Source: Tubulanus polymorphus
Lineage: Eukaryota > Animalia > Nemertea
NCBI RefSeq assembly: GCF_964204645.1
Contig: NC_134027.1
Location: 15,656,485-15,720,484, forward strand
Reading direction: 5' to 3'
DNA length: 64,000 nucleotides
Shown here: positions 1 to 13,863 of the stretch, piece by piece
How the letters are laid out: each line of letters opens with the position of its first letter
How positions within the stretch are numbered: position 1 is the first letter of the stretch
The notes under the pieces: model-generated
The model's input: the letters and a program-made list of their open reading frames with translations, nothing else
The model's database searches: none
Told to the model about the DNA's origin: nothing
Position numbers and translations under genes: made by a program

Positions 1-223
1 TACTCACTCGCCCCTTCAACCTTTATGAACCCCCATATTCCCTTAATTACTTAATTACTTTATTCCCATAATTACTTTAGTATTCATATATATGAAAAAC
101 ATATACATGAATAACATATTTAAATGAATAACTTCAAAAATCAATTTTAATAAAAAATATGTTATCAAAATGGAGAGTTAACAAGTACACAAATCATTTT
201 TAAATAGAATGAAAGATATCATT
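1..223 (+). mobile_element. Remnant of PLV left end fused to the degenerate 5' start of the 117-aa gene
   Basis: Resembles 42545-42670 (ctcg..ccttcaaccttt, tattcatatatatgaa, aatcaattttaataaaaaa); atggagagttaacaagtacac at 170 matches the start of ORF 46729. Confidence 0.65.
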
Positions 224-246
224 TATTTAGTAAAAAAATTATGTAT

Positions 247-468
247 TTATATAGGAGGAATATATTTTTGTTTTTCTAAATAATCAATTGTTAAATTAGA
301 TAAAGTTACTGCTAATGTTAATTTTAAAATATCATTGATATCAAATTTATCAACATTAATACTTCCCATTCTAAATACTTTTTTTAATACCATTGTATAA
401 CCAACAGTTCCCACTGATAATAATGCTCCATTATATAAACCAGTTATTATCCACTTCTGATCCGCCAT
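247..468 (-). CDS. PLV 73-aa small hydrophobic protein
   Basis: Near-identical to ORF 48220-48441. Confidence 0.8.
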   Translation of the reverse strand: MADQKWIITGLYNGALLSVGTVGYTMVLKKVFRMGSINVDKFDINDILKLTLAVTLSNLTIDYLEKQKYIPPI

Positions 469-812
469 TTATTTAGAAAAAAATTACTATCTTCAAAATA
501 TTTAGTTATCTTAGTTATAATTATTTCAACATTTATAGTATTATTAGTTTCATTTTCATATATTTCAGTTATCATTCTTTTAATATCATCAATGATAAAA
601 TCTTCATCTAGTTCATAAAATCTTAAAGAATTTGTAGTTAAATCAATTGCTTTTTCTATATCATTATTTTCTTCATTAATCATTGATGCATTATTAAATG
701 ATTTACTTTTAATATCAGTAATCACATCATTTAGTTTAATTCTCATTTCTTTACCACGTTTAAAATTAAATCCAAAACATATACTTATACTCGGTCCAAC
801 AGTTATATTCAT
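447..812 (-). CDS. PLV 113/121-aa protein of unknown function
   Basis: Homologous to 47878-48219 and 19773-20141. Confidence 0.75.
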   Translation of the reverse strand: MNITVGPSISICFGFNFKRGKEMRIKLNDVITDIKSKSFNNASMINEENNDIEKAIDLTTNSLRFYELDEDFIIDDIKRMITEIYENETNNTINVEIIITKITKYFEDSNFFLNKWRIRSG

Positions 813-828
813 TTATATAGTGAAAAAA

Positions 829-1540
829 TTATTCTTTACATCTTATCACTAATTCATAAATTACAGGAAAATTATTCAAATCAATAAAGTAACCATTGTG
901 ATTTCTAATTTCTAACTTAAAATTATTAAATTGTGAAATGCAAGGTTTAAAATCACATTCTGTTAAATTATAATTCATTTGCATTCCAAATTCTTTAACG
1001 TTCTTCAGTGGTAGAATATTTAATATACTACTATTAGAAGTTATATCTTTAGTTGCTTCAAATGTTTTTGTAGGATCAATTAAATTCCAATAGATATAGA
1101 AATGTGTGTAAGGTATTAAGTTTGGTATAGCATCAACATTTGAATAAAGTTTATCTGGTGTAATTCCTAACAGTTTAGCTATAGGTTTTTTAACTAAAAA
1201 TTGATATTTTTCACCATGAGTTAACCTAATCCTTATTTTATCAGAACTATCACTTTTTAAAAATCTAATGTAAAACCCAGCATTACTACCTAACTTGAGC
1301 CAGGCTTTTCTATTAATTTCTTGTGACAATGTATCTGAATTCTATAACCCTGGTTTTAGATATAAATGATAGCTTTTATTTTTTTCCTGAACCATAAAAA
1401 ATCTATGATCAATAGTTTTATCCGTTATATTATAAAAATTACATAGACTAATATTTACTAATTTTTAATCTACACAATCTCTAAATTCTCTATCTAATTG
1501 TACAAGTAAATTATGTGATTTATAATTTGTAAGTCTTCTT
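829..1540 (-). pseudogene. Penton-like minor capsid protein, 5' part disrupted
   Basis: ORF 829-1329 homologous to 47100-47861. Confidence 0.75.
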
Positions 1541-1603
1541 ATAACACAAAAAAATTACCTCGAACCACTAAAAAATAATTTTAAGTAAATTTTTCCTAAA
1601 TAA

Positions 1604-2450
1604 ATATGAGAAGATAGAATGTGAAATTCGTGGTGAACTTCAAAGAAAAAGTAATATGGCTCGACATATGAAAAAACATGATAAAAATTACAAACCCCCT
1701 AAAATAAACTGCCCAAATTGTAATAAATCATTCTCAAGAAATTATGTTAAAAAACATTCAGAGAAGTGTAAAATTAATGACTTAACGGTTAATGTTGATA
1801 GTCACGAAAGTAATAATAATTCTGTTGAAGTTGAACCTGAAATTATTTGGAAAAGACCTTTTTTTATTTTATGACAAGAATAATATAAAAGATCATTTCT
1901 GTGAGCATTGTCGAATAAAATATAGCCCTGAAAATATAGAAGATTGGGAGAATCATCAATTTCGTAAAGCACATATAGATAAAATTTCTCATAAATTTGA
2001 AGCAGAATTTAATGAAAAAAAAATAATATATTATAAAAAATAAAATATGAGAAAACGTTACCAAATAATAAAGAAACACTTGAAAAGTTGGAAAAACAAT
2101 ATAGTTAATTAGTAAGAAAAACATATTATTATAAATATTGTAAATTGATTATTACAACAAGTAATTCAAATCTACATAATAGAACAATAAAACATAAAGA
2201 AAACGTAAGAAAATACCAAGAACTTAATGAAGATCTATTACCAAGATATGATAGAAAAAAATGCCCACAATGTATTTATGAGTACTTAAGACAAGACGAT
2301 TCTGTGATATTTTGTAATGAATGTGGATGGCAAAAAATGTATGGGGTGATGAAAAAACTAGATATTCTTATAGAACCAAAATTAAAATATCTAGATGAAA
2401 TTTTAAAGACCATCACGCGAAATATATCTTTTATCATCGAACGGATTTAA
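1604..2450 (+). pseudogene. Multi-zinc-finger/VLTF3-like gene, frameshifted and 3'-truncated
   Basis: CPNC, CEHC, CKYC, CPQC..CNECG motifs; homologous to 20977-22242. Confidence 0.7.
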
Positions 2451-4845
2451 ACTAGTTTTTTCAACTTCATTAATGTACATCTCGTGATCTTCGGATCTTG
2501 AACAATTCATTTCGTTTCATTACAACTGAGTTATATAAACACTTTATATAATCTTGAAATTCTATGTGTTTATGAACCACATGTTTTGTTATTCCTTTTA
2601 ACTTTTTTGCTTCATGATCTTTTGTTCTATAACTATACATTTTACTTCTTATCCCAACAAATTCAATCATTTCATCGCCCTCTAATTCATCTTTAAATTT
2701 ACCAGGAATATTTCTATTATCATTGCTAAATAGTTCATGATCTTTTGGATAATTGCTTAAGTCAAAATGATGTTTTAATGTTTTTAAGTCTTTTGTTATG
2801 TCATTGGTCTTGATTTTTAGTATGTACGCATCCGTATCGACCGCTATTAATGGAAATCCACAGTTAAATGTGCCATCTTCAGTTGATAAATCATAAACAT
2901 AATCTGATGGGTTATATATTTCGAATAGATCTTTAACTTCTTCAGTTATTTCTTTTTCTGTATGCCTTAGATTAGAACAATTTGGCATAGATTTAATCAA
3001 TCCAATATTCATATTAAAACCTAATGAATTACCTAATGGATTCAATCCTGATATACCAACTTTTCCTTTTTGTGCAAATGTTATTACCGGAGAACTCGTA
3101 AATTTTTTAGCATCATCTGCTGCGTAGAATCCAATGAAGAACCATTTTCTTAAATTATCTTTTGCATTTAATACATAATCTGGAACTATCTTTTATTTTG
3201 TTGAAGTATTACTTTTAACTATTGCATGAATATAGAATTCATCATTATATTTTATAGCAAAATCTTTAGGATTATTCACAAGTATTCTATGAACTGCTGA
3301 TGATTTCACATGATCATCGATTCTAAATGTTTTATTTGGATTAACTTCTTCACAGTATTTTTTAATTCTTTCTAATAATTTCAAATCTTGGTTACACAAA
3401 TACCCACAATATTTAGTTCCACTAACAGATTTATACACACCTGCTGATCCATCTCCTATAAAAAATCCTTTTATAGAATATTCTTTTTCTTCTAATGTTT
3501 CGGGTTCTATATTATAAATATTATTAATTATTTCATCAAATGACATATGATTCATTCTTAGAAAAAATCTTTTATGTAATAATTCATCTCCAATTTTTAT
3601 ATCAGTTAGTTTTATTTCATCACCATTTCGTTTAATTAAACTGTGATCTTCAGAAACATCTACAAACCCTAATTTAGTTCTAACTCTATTGATTTTCTTA
3701 TTTGTTTTATGCCTATTAATATTCTTTAATTTTTTCCATCCATTTTTTGTTCAAACATTCATTAATCCATTTATTTGTATTAATTCATTTTCACCATATG
3801 AAATATAACGTTGATTTTGTTTTGGAATTATTTCTGAAATTCTTCTTATCAATATTTTATCATTACATTTTAATAATATTGGGGTGTCAGCTGTTACAGA
3901 ATCAAAATATAATATTCCAATATGCTTTTCCCCAAAAAGTGGTTGTAAAACATTATAATAAAAATCATACATTAATAATTTTGATATTTCAAAAACAGTT
4001 GAACCAATGAATATAGGTTTATTAAATTTCATTGACGTTCTTTTTAATGTTACTGCTGTTAAATAATCTTCAAATCTTTTATTTCCTAAATGTCTAGGAC
4101 TTGCTTGTAAATGTCTTAATCGTTCAGAATTATTTACTAATTCAATATCATTTCTATTTCTAACATTTTCACATGTTTTTCCATAAAAACTATTATTCAT
4201 TAATTTTAAAAAATCTTTTTCAAAATCGGTTTTTGATATGGTTCTCTGTTGAGTATTGAAATCTATATATTTTTCTAACCACTTCGATTGATTAAATTCA
4301 ATATATCTATGTACTTTTTTAAATTTCATTCCTTGTTTTAGATACAATTTTAACATTCAATAATGGGCAATATAATTACATTTATTATTTTGTGTTAATA
4401 TTAATTTTTCTGTAAAAACATGATCTTTCGGTTTTATTTTTTTCTGGTATTCACTTAAATAACTATCATCTACAGCTAAATGTTTAGGGCAATAAGGTAA
4501 ATTTCTTGTTATAAACTTTATGTTATCAGGATATTCTAAATCAACTATAAAAAAAATAACCAATTGGTGCTTCATCTTCTAAACTCATAATTGCGCTTTC
4601 CCAATTAGTTTTATCATCATTTTCAACTTCTGTTAATATAAAATTTTTATATGGTTGAGGTTGCATCATTGCCCAACCATATAAATTATTGGCGTCAATA
4701 TATAATAATTTATAATCATTATTTGCTTTAAAATACTCCCATAACACTACTAATTCCACCTCTTATTGATTTTTCAAATAATAAAACCATGTCTGGTTCT
4801 TTTAATAAATCTAATTCTACATTTGTATATTTTAAACCACATAAT
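2445..4845 (-). pseudogene. Protein-primed PolB C-terminal half with intein
   Basis: YIDANNLYG (motif A), KLMNNSFYGK (motif B), YFD/TDA (motif C split by insertion), KKLKGI. Confidence 0.92.
2836..3900 (-). mobile_element. Intein with LAGLIDADG homing endonuclease (two in-frame stops; terminal Asn changed to Asp)
   Basis: Starts SVTADTP after YFD; SEDH block B; GFFIGDGS and GFYAADD endonuclease motifs; VYDLSTEDGTF block F; ends AVD before T; 1065 bp. Confidence 0.9.
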
Positions 4846-5262
4846 TCATTTAATATTAATCTTATTTGAAAGTATGTATGGAATCTAAAGGGCGATAATA
4901 TTAATGGTAAATTTGGTTCATTTAAATGATTATTCCAACTTATACCACACCCTGTTGTTGCACAATGAACTGCAAAATTTAATTGGTTTTGCCAGAATTG
5001 CATATTTGATTTTAACATCCATAATTCTGCTTTACTTAATTCTTTTTCAAAATTAATTTCATAAACATTGAACATATTTTCCATCTTTACATTAAAATTA
5101 TTACTTTCAGTAACATAAATATCTAAATTAATTAATGAATTTAAAACTTCATTTCTATATGTAATATTTTTATTAAAATCTATTGCAGGAATATTATATT
5201 TACTTGATTTATTATATTGGAAAGCTTTTGGAAAATTTTTTTCCATTTATATAATAAAGAAA

Positions 5263-5697
5263 TCAATAATTAATTAATTCTTTTAATAATTTATCTTGTT
5301 CTTCAACTTTTATATTACCATTTAAACTCATTATATAATCTATTGTAGTTTTCAATTTTTTTATTTCTTTTATACTAGATTTTATTTTTTCCTTATTACC
5401 TTTTATATTTAATTTTGAACTTATTCCGGTTAAAACACTTGATGATAATCCTAGCACACCAATTGGTATAGCTAAAGGTGTTAATGGTGAGAATATTGCT
5501 AAAAATGTTATCACCGAACTAATTGTAACCGAACCACTTATAATAAAATAATATATAATTTTGAATTTTAAATATGTTTTCTGTTTTATCTTTAAATCAT
5601 TTTCCAATTCTAATATTTGTTTTTCTAAATATAATTTTAATTCAGTTCTATTTATATCATGAGGAATAATAACATTATTATCAACTTTATAACCCAT
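5263..5697 (-). CDS. PLV 144-aa protein with two hydrophobic helices
   Basis: Homologous to 48908-49330. Confidence 0.75.
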   Translation of the reverse strand: MGYKVDNNVIIPHDINRTELKLYLEKQILELENDLKIKQKTYLKFKIIYYFIISGSVTISSVITFLAIFSPLTPLAIPIGVLGLSSSVLTGISSKLNIKGNKEKIKSSIKEIKKLKTTIDYIMSLNGNIKVEEQDKLLKELINY

Positions 5698-5724
5698 TTA
5701 TTTAACAAAAAATAATATATAATT

Positions 5725-6145
5725 AATTAGTGAACTTATATGCTACAAATATAACAACAACTGTTCCACCTAAAATTCATATTATTTCATATTGTTGTTG
5801 TTCTTAACTTGGTGTATAATAATCTGATAATTTAGGTTTATATAGATGTAATTTTTCACGATTTGTTACTGCGTTATATAAACTCATAGCTTCATCGACT
5901 GATTGAAAATCTCTATGTGTAATTTTCTGATTATATAATTCTTTATTGATGTAATCCATATAGTTTTGCCTCTTTTCTCTATATTCTTCTGCAGGTTTAT
6001 TGTATTTCTCCAATGCTAAGTTATGTCTTCTTTGTTCTCCTAATGAACTATTTTTATCAATATGTTCAAATAAATATCCACCAACAGTAAATGCCAAAGC
6101 GTTAACAATTGCCGATCCTATAATAGTAATAATTGCAGATGCCAT
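5725..6145 (-). pseudogene. PLV 140-aa protein with N- and C-terminal hydrophobic segments (premature stop)
   Basis: Homologous to 48466-48888. Confidence 0.75.
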
Positions 6146-6760
6146 TTATTTAGTAAAAAAATTATGCATTTATATAGGAGGAATATATTTTTGTTTTTCT
6201 AAATAATCAATTGTTAAATTAGATAAAGTAACTGCTAATGTTAATTTTCAAATATCATTGATATCAAATCTATCAACATTAACACTTCCTATTTTGAATA
6301 CTTTTTTAATACCATTGTATAACCAACTGTTCCAACTGATAGTAAGGCACCATTATATAATCCATTTACTATCCACTTATTATCAGTCATTTATTTATCA
6401 AAAAAATTATTATCTTCAAAATATCTAGTTATCTTAGTTTTAATTGTTTCACCATTTATAATATTGTTAGTTTCATTTTCATATATTTCAGTTATTATTT
6501 TTTCAATTTCATCAATGATAAAATCTTCATCTAATTCATAAAATCTTAAAGACTCTCTAATTAAATCGGTAATCTTTTCTACATTAAAAGTTTCTTTATC
6601 TATTGTTTTTTAAAAATCAAATGTTTCATTAGAAAATGCAATATTTTTAATATGTGTAATTGTATCATTAATATCAAATTTCATTTCTTTCTCACGTTTA
6701 AAATCAAATCCAAAACATATACTCGGTCCTACTGTAATATTCATTTATATAATGAAAAAA

Positions 6761-7523
6761 TTACTCCCTACATCTTAAAACTAATTCATAAATTACAGGA
6801 AAGTCATTCAAATAAATTAAATAACCATTATGATTTCTTATTTCTAATTTGAAATTATTGAAATGTGGAATACAAGGTTTAAAATCACATTCAGCTAAAT
6901 TATAATTTATTTGCGTTCCAAATTGTTTAACATTTTTTAATGGTAAAATATTTAAAATACTAGAATTAGAAGTTGTATCTTTAGTTGCTTCAAGTGTTTT
7001 TGTAGCATCAATTAAATTGCAATAAATATAAAGATGAGTGTAAGGTATAAGGTTTGGCGAAGCCTTAATATTTGAACAAAGTTTATCTGGTGTAATTCCT
7101 AACAGTTTAGCTATAGTTTTTTTAACTAAAAATTGATGTTTTTCACTATAAGCTAACCTTATCTTTATTTTATCAGAACTATCACTTTTTAAAAATCTAC
7201 TGTTAAATCCAGCATCACTACCTAACTTGTGCCAGGCTTTTTTATTAATTTCTTGTACCAATGTATCTTAATTATATAACCCTGGTTTTAGATATAGATG
7301 ATACCATTTATTTTTACTTTTATTAAAAATTAAAAAGGCTCTATGTTCAAGAGTTTCATTCGATATATTATAAAAAGAATTACATAAACTTACATTTACT
7401 AATTTTAAAAATACACAATTCTTAAATTCTCTAAATTATCTAATTGTACTAGTAAATTATGTGATTTATAATTTGTAAGTCTTCTAGAATCAACAAATAT
7501 TCTATATTCTTTGAATTCACCCG
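6761..7523 (-). pseudogene. Penton-like minor capsid protein
   Basis: Homologous to 47100-47861; start codon appears mutated to ACG. Confidence 0.75.
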
Positions 7524-7591
7524 TTATTTATAAGACAAAAAATTACATCGAACCATTAAAAATTAATCTTAATAAATTTTTTCCAAAATAA

Positions 7592-8666
7592 ATGGATGAG
7601 AAGATAGGATGTGAAATTTGTGGTGAACTTCAAAGAAAAAGTAATATGGCTCGACATGATGAAAATTATAAACCCCCTAAAATAAACTGCCCAAATCGTA
7701 ATAAATTATTCTCAAGAAATTATGTAAAAAACATTCAGAGAAGTGTAAAATTAATGACTCAACGGTTAATGTTGATAGTAACGAAAGTAATAGTAATTCT
7801 GTTGAAACTGAACCTGAAATTATTTCGAAAAGACCTTTCTTATTCTATGATAAGAATAATATAAAAGATCATTTCTGTGAGCCTTGTCGAACAAAATATA
7901 GCCCTGAAAATATAGAAGATTGGGAGAATCATCAATTTCGTAAAGCACATATAGATAAAATTTCTAATAAATTTGAAACATAATTCAATGAAAGAAAAAA
8001 TAAAATATTAGAAAAAATGAAATATGAGAAAACGTTACCAGATAATAAAGAAACACTTGAAAAGTTGGAAAAACAATATAATGAATTAGCAAGAAAAACA
8101 TATTATTGTAAATGATGTAAATTGATTATTACAACAAGTGATTCAAATCTACATAGTAGAACAATAAAACATAAAGAAAACGTAAGTAAATACCAAGAAC
8201 TTAATGAAGATCTTTTACCAAGATATGACAGTAAAAATGCCCACAATGTATTTATGAGTACTTAAGACAAGAAAATTCTGTGATACTTTGTAATGAATGT
8301 GGATGGCAAAGAAATTTATGGGGTGATGAAAAAACTAGAGATATTCTTATAGAACCAAAATTAAAATATCTAGATGTCATTTTTAAGATATTTTCTATGG
8401 AAGATCATACACCAGAATATAAGCAATGGCTTGAAAAAATGAAAATGATAGAAAATAATAATGGTGAAATAACTAAGAAAGATATAATAAAAACAATTAT
8501 TCCATCAACATTTAACACAAATGAAAAGAAAATGTATTTATACTTATTATTTAACGATTATTATAAAAATCCTAAATTAACAAAAGAAGATATGGAAAAT
8601 ATAAAAGAAACATTCACAAACATATTAGAATATTATGTGGATATTAAAATAACAGATTCCTTATAA
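7592..8666 (+). pseudogene. Multi-zinc-finger/VLTF3-like gene
   Basis: Homologous to 20977-22242; frameshifted. Confidence 0.7.
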
Positions 8667-9396
8667 CTTTTTAGCTTCATGATCTTTTGTTCTATAGCTA
8701 TACATTTTACTTCTTATCCCAACAAATTCATGATTAGTAAATTTCAACTTACATTCTTTTTTTGTTGGCATTATTAATTTACAAAAAAAACTTTCCCAGA
8801 GATACTCATTTTTGGATATTCAACATCTGTAATAAAGTCCATTATTTTTTCCATTATTTCAATAAATTGACTATACTTCTATTGTTGCTCCTTTAAAAAA
8901 TCTAAATATAATAGCTGCAGGACCAATTTTACTACGTAATGTTTCTAAAATTTCAATTGTATCTTTTATTTCTAGAGTATCAATATACTTTCTAACATTT
9001 TCCATGTAAGGTTTATTTGAAATAGATTTAGTTTTTGAAACTGGTTTTTTTACTTGTTGAGGTTTATCATCAAAATAATCTGTTCCTAAAACATTATTAC
9101 TTAAATTTTGTTTGTGTTTTTGCAATTCGAGATGTCTTTTATAATTCCTTTTTGCTATTAATTCATTACAAACTTCACATTTTATTTCATCCACATTCAT
9201 ATTTTCTAATTGTTTTTCTAATTAGAATAATTTTTTGTGTAATTTATCTTGTTTTACTTGACGCCATATATTTTTGGTTGAAGAATAAGCAACCGAACTC
9301 TCAGGGTTGTAATATAAATTTCTTAGATATTGTTCTTTAGTATTAGGAGTTTTTTTACCACCCCATTTATATATTGTTAATTTTAACTTTATATTT

Positions 9397-10090
9397 CTAA
9401 TATTGAATACTATCTAATTGAGAATTTATAATATTTAATTGCGCGTCAGATATAATATAAATGTGCATTCTGAAATTGTTGACTCCTTTTTTCTTTTTCG
9501 TGAATAATTGTATTTACATCTTTAGTGTTCTGTAATTTTTTACCAGAACCATGTAATGAATTATCCTCTGTTGTTCTAATAACCATAATGCATATTTATT
9601 GCCGGTATAATAATCAATTTGATTAATATTACAATTTTCAGATGGTTTTTACTTTTTCATTCATAAAATGCTTTCTAATTTCTGGCCACTGATCTACCAC
9701 TCTCATTCTCATAATAATTATCAACATTTATTGCACCGTTAGAATATGTTGTAATGGTAAAAAATATTAATATACCTTTAATAGATCATATTGGGAAGTT
9801 AATATTCTCATTAATTATTTCATCATTTGCATTAATAGTTACAGTTTTAAATTTATCAATATAATCATATAACAATGAAAAATCCTTGATTGTATTGACT
9901 TTGAATTATGCTTGAAATATTTTCATCAGTTACTGTATCATATTCTAAACATATATTCGATGATTTATATCCCATATCTTTAACAACGCTAGATAGCACA
10001 ATTTCATTAACAGGAGCAAATGTTATCTCGAATATAATATCTTCTAGAATTGCGTATTTATACAAAGGTGCATTATTATTGATTATTTCA
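9397..10090 (-). pseudogene. Major capsid protein C-terminal half
   Basis: NNAPLYKYAI..NICLEYDTV..SDAQLNI matches 52750-53505. Confidence 0.8.
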
Positions 10091-10437
10091 AATAATTCAT
10101 TAATTCTTTGTTTAAATACTCTTTTATTTTGATTTATTTCTGTGTCGGTAACATTTTCTATTTCATTACTATTACTTATTCTTTTAATTCTAGATGGTTC
10201 TAAATTACTCAAAGTTGATTCTGCTAATATTTTGTTTTGATTTTTATAAGAGATATTAATATAATAATCATCTTTCAAATGATAATAATATTCACCACTA
10301 TTCATATCTGGCACCTCTATCATTTATATTATATCCAGATTTTTCAAATATAGGTTTAAAATTATTTATATTCAAGTTCAAGTTCAAGTTCAAGTTTATT
10401 TTCCATATATATATATATATGATTAACAAATTACAAA

Positions 10438-10617
<180 letters not shown>

Positions 10618-10884
10618 GGCAGGATACATGGAAGCCATTATAGGCTGTAAACCCGAGAGTCCCATGCACGCTGACAACAATACAATGCAAGTACAAGTGT
10701 TATGGTTGAGATGAAATGGAATGGGGCGGATGAAGAGAGAAATAGCCTGCCTAAAATTTGATTCCACAAATAGAACATTTTTATCAATGTTTAAAGCGAC
10801 AATGAATTGGAGAATTATTATTTAAGAGTACGATTATTTAATTTCGATTGATTTCAATAAGAGGAAATTGTGATTTTCTTAAAT

Positions 10885-13863
10885 CTATTTATCAGTGTTT
10901 TGATGCTTGCTTCTCAAGGTGTCTGTGCTGTTTTGCCATATCATTGGTATATTTTTCATAAAGGATCTATTATATAAACTTGTGTTATGTAAGCCTATTC
11001 TGGGATGGTTTCTTTGGCGGGTGTTATAATTATGAGTAAATGAATTTCTATTAAATATATCTAGGACCGGTGCCGGTAGTTTGGATTTGCAGAAGTTATA
11101 TGCAGTTTTTAACATTTCAAGATTGATTAGATCATATAGCTTTAATATATTTAATGATTTGAATGCGGGGGACGATGGTGAGCAAATATCTGAATTTTTG
11201 ATCAAACGTACTGCTCTTTTTTGAAGGATGAATATTTTGTCCAGAGTAGATTTGGTAATTAGAGGAAAGTTTAGGCAATATGTTAGATGGCTTTGGATAT
11301 AACTGAAGTATAGGATTCTTTTGGTCCGGGTTGGAACAAAATTTTTAAGTGTTTTAATCATGTATAGATTTTTATTGATTTTGTTAATTACGGTATGGAC
11401 ATGTTCTTCAAAGGACAAATTTTCACTTATATTAAGACCAAGCAGATTGAAATTTTTTTCATTTTTTACGGACTGATTGCCAAATTTCAGATTAATTTCA
11501 TTATGATTAACTTTAAATGAATAAGGCTTAAATAACATATATGCTGTTTTAGTAAGGTTAAGGGTAAGCTTATTGGCTTTAAACCAATTCCATAACAACA
11601 TTTAGGTCATTTTTCATATTAGAAACTAGAACTTTAAGATTTTTATTAATAACAAATAGTGTAGTGTCGTCCGCAAAGAGAACAGCTTTACAATTTTTTA
11701 AATTCAGTGTCAAGTCGTTGGTATAAATGATAAAAAGCAGAGGCCCTAATATTGAGCCCTGTGGTATTCTCAACTCTGAATTATGATTTTTATATTGCAC
11801 AAACATATTTCGATCTGTACGATAGCTTTTAAACCAATCTAAAGCTATTCCACGAACGCCATAATAATTTAATTTTTTGATAAGAATATCAATATCGAGT
11901 GAGTCGAAAGCTTTAGAAAGATCTAAATATACACTTAACATAAAGTTCTTTGTATCGATACTATTAATAGCATGACTCAAAAATTCAGTCAAAGCATGAC
12001 TGGTTGAGTGATTGGCTCTAAATCCGTATTGGCTTTTATAGAGTAAGTTATTTTTATTGACAAAGTCGTAGAGTCTTTAATGTATGATCTTTTCCAGTAA
12101 TTTAGATAAAACTGGTAGGAGGGATATCGGTCTATAATTATTGATGTCCTTTTTGTCTTTAGCTTTAAAAATAGGTACAACTTTAGCGGTTTTCATATTT
12201 GTAGGGAAGTGACCTTCACTCATCGACTTGTTGAATACAACTGTTAAAGGCATAGAAATCTCATGGGCAATTGATTTTATTAGTATGTTATTCAAATTAC
12301 CATGACCACAGCTAGTTTTGTAAGGTAGACTATTTATGAAAGTTTGAACTTCTTTTTGGTCTGTAGGAAAAGACATATTGAGTTATTGTTAGATCGCTTT
12401 AAGTATACATCATAATTATTGGTAGGGCTCTGTATTTTTGAGGCAAATGACTTTCCAACTGTCCTGAAAAAATCATTGAAAGAGTTACATATTTCTACAG
12501 GATCACTTATTACTTTTCCTTTAATTATGAAATTACTAGAAGTTACACATGTTTTATCATTTTGCTTACCTATGACTGTTTTCCAAAAACTCCACAGCTT
12601 TCTTGCATTATTTTCAAACGATGAAATTTTGTCAGCGTAGTAGATTTTCTTGGCCCTACGCTTTATATGATTTAAGTTGTTCCGATAATTTAAGTAGTTT
12701 ACATATCGTGGGTGAGTTTTCTCAAGTCCTATTACTTTTTTATACATTTTATCTTTAGTGCGCGAAGCTATACAAAGGCCTTTAGTCATTCAAGGTTCGT
12801 TAATGTTCAGTTTTCTAGTGGTTTTAAGTTTGCAAGGAGATACTTCATCTACAGAATGTTTTATATTTTGGACAACAAAATCATAACCGGCTTCACAGTT
12901 TAATTCTTGCAGAGTGTGCCAATTTATATTAGACAATTTTTGTTTTATTTTAATGACATTTGCATCAGATAAATCTGTATAATAAAACTGTTCATTGACT
13001 ACTTTGGTTGTATGCTTTTGTGTATCAATTGTAGTGAGGCACGCAAAATGATCAGATACATGATTAGTAAGAATGTAGCTTTCATAATTATTGAACTCTG
13101 AACTAATATATATGTTATCTATTAAAGTTGCTGTTTTAGAAGTTACTCTAGTTGGTCTTATGATAGTTGGTAATAAGTTATGACTAAGATTTGAATTTAA
13201 AAATTCCGCAGTGTTTTTATGCTGATTGATTTTAATTAGGTCAAGATTCTGGTCCATGCCTAATATAGCGAGTTTATTTTCTCGACTTATAGCTTCAAGC
13301 AAGTTGTTGTAGTCGGACAGGAATTCCATTTCACTTGTTCCTGGGATTCTATAGATCTCACCTAGTATTATATTTTTAGAGTTTATTCTTTTTATTTCGA
13401 GGATACACGATTCAAACTGTCTTTCTTTAAAAATTGATAGATCACCTCGAATTTTAAAATCGATTTCATCATTTATATAGATTGCAACTCCTCCTCGAAT
13501 TAGATTGGTGCGGTGCCTTTCTACAAAATTATATCCCGGTATATTATAGAGATCAAAATTTAAATCGTTTAGAAATGTCTCGCATAACATTATTACATCT
13601 ATTTCATAATTGCATTGTCGGCAGCTTTTTATTACATTTTCTAGTTCATCTAGTTTAGACGGTAAATTATGAAAATTCAAATGAAGTACATTAAGACTAC
13701 CTATACAGTCAAGTTGCCCAAGCTCTGATGATTCAACGTAAGGACACAATTTTTCAAACATTTGAAAATCATCAATTAACCTTGAAAAATCAAATTCTTT
13801 ATCATTATAAATTTTCTCCAATCTTGTCGACATATCCATGTTACCTAGACACATATTTATCAA
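10885..13863 (-). pseudogene. LINE ORF2 (AP endonuclease + reverse transcriptase)
   Basis: LCETFL, GGVAIY, PTRVT..LIDNI, SDHF; YRPISLLP, DLSKAFD, PQGSILGPLLF, FADDT; stop and frameshifts. Confidence 0.93.

Larger units (their letters stand above)
224..4845 (-). mobile_element. Degenerate PLV unit 1 (PolB+intein, Zn-finger/VLTF3-like, minor capsid, 113-aa and 73-aa genes)
   Basis: Gene-by-gene similarity to 42671-48441 and 19573-24313. Confidence 0.9.
4846..9215 (-). mobile_element. Degenerate PLV unit 2 (PolB scraps, Zn-finger/VLTF3-like, minor capsid, four small genes, N-terminus of the ~450-aa gene)
   Basis: Collinear with 47100-49750; PolB fragments at 8665-9215. Confidence 0.88.

Noticed and set aside
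4728-5246. 172-aa ORF as a real gene
   Set aside because: Chimera across a deletion junction between the ~450-aa gene and polB
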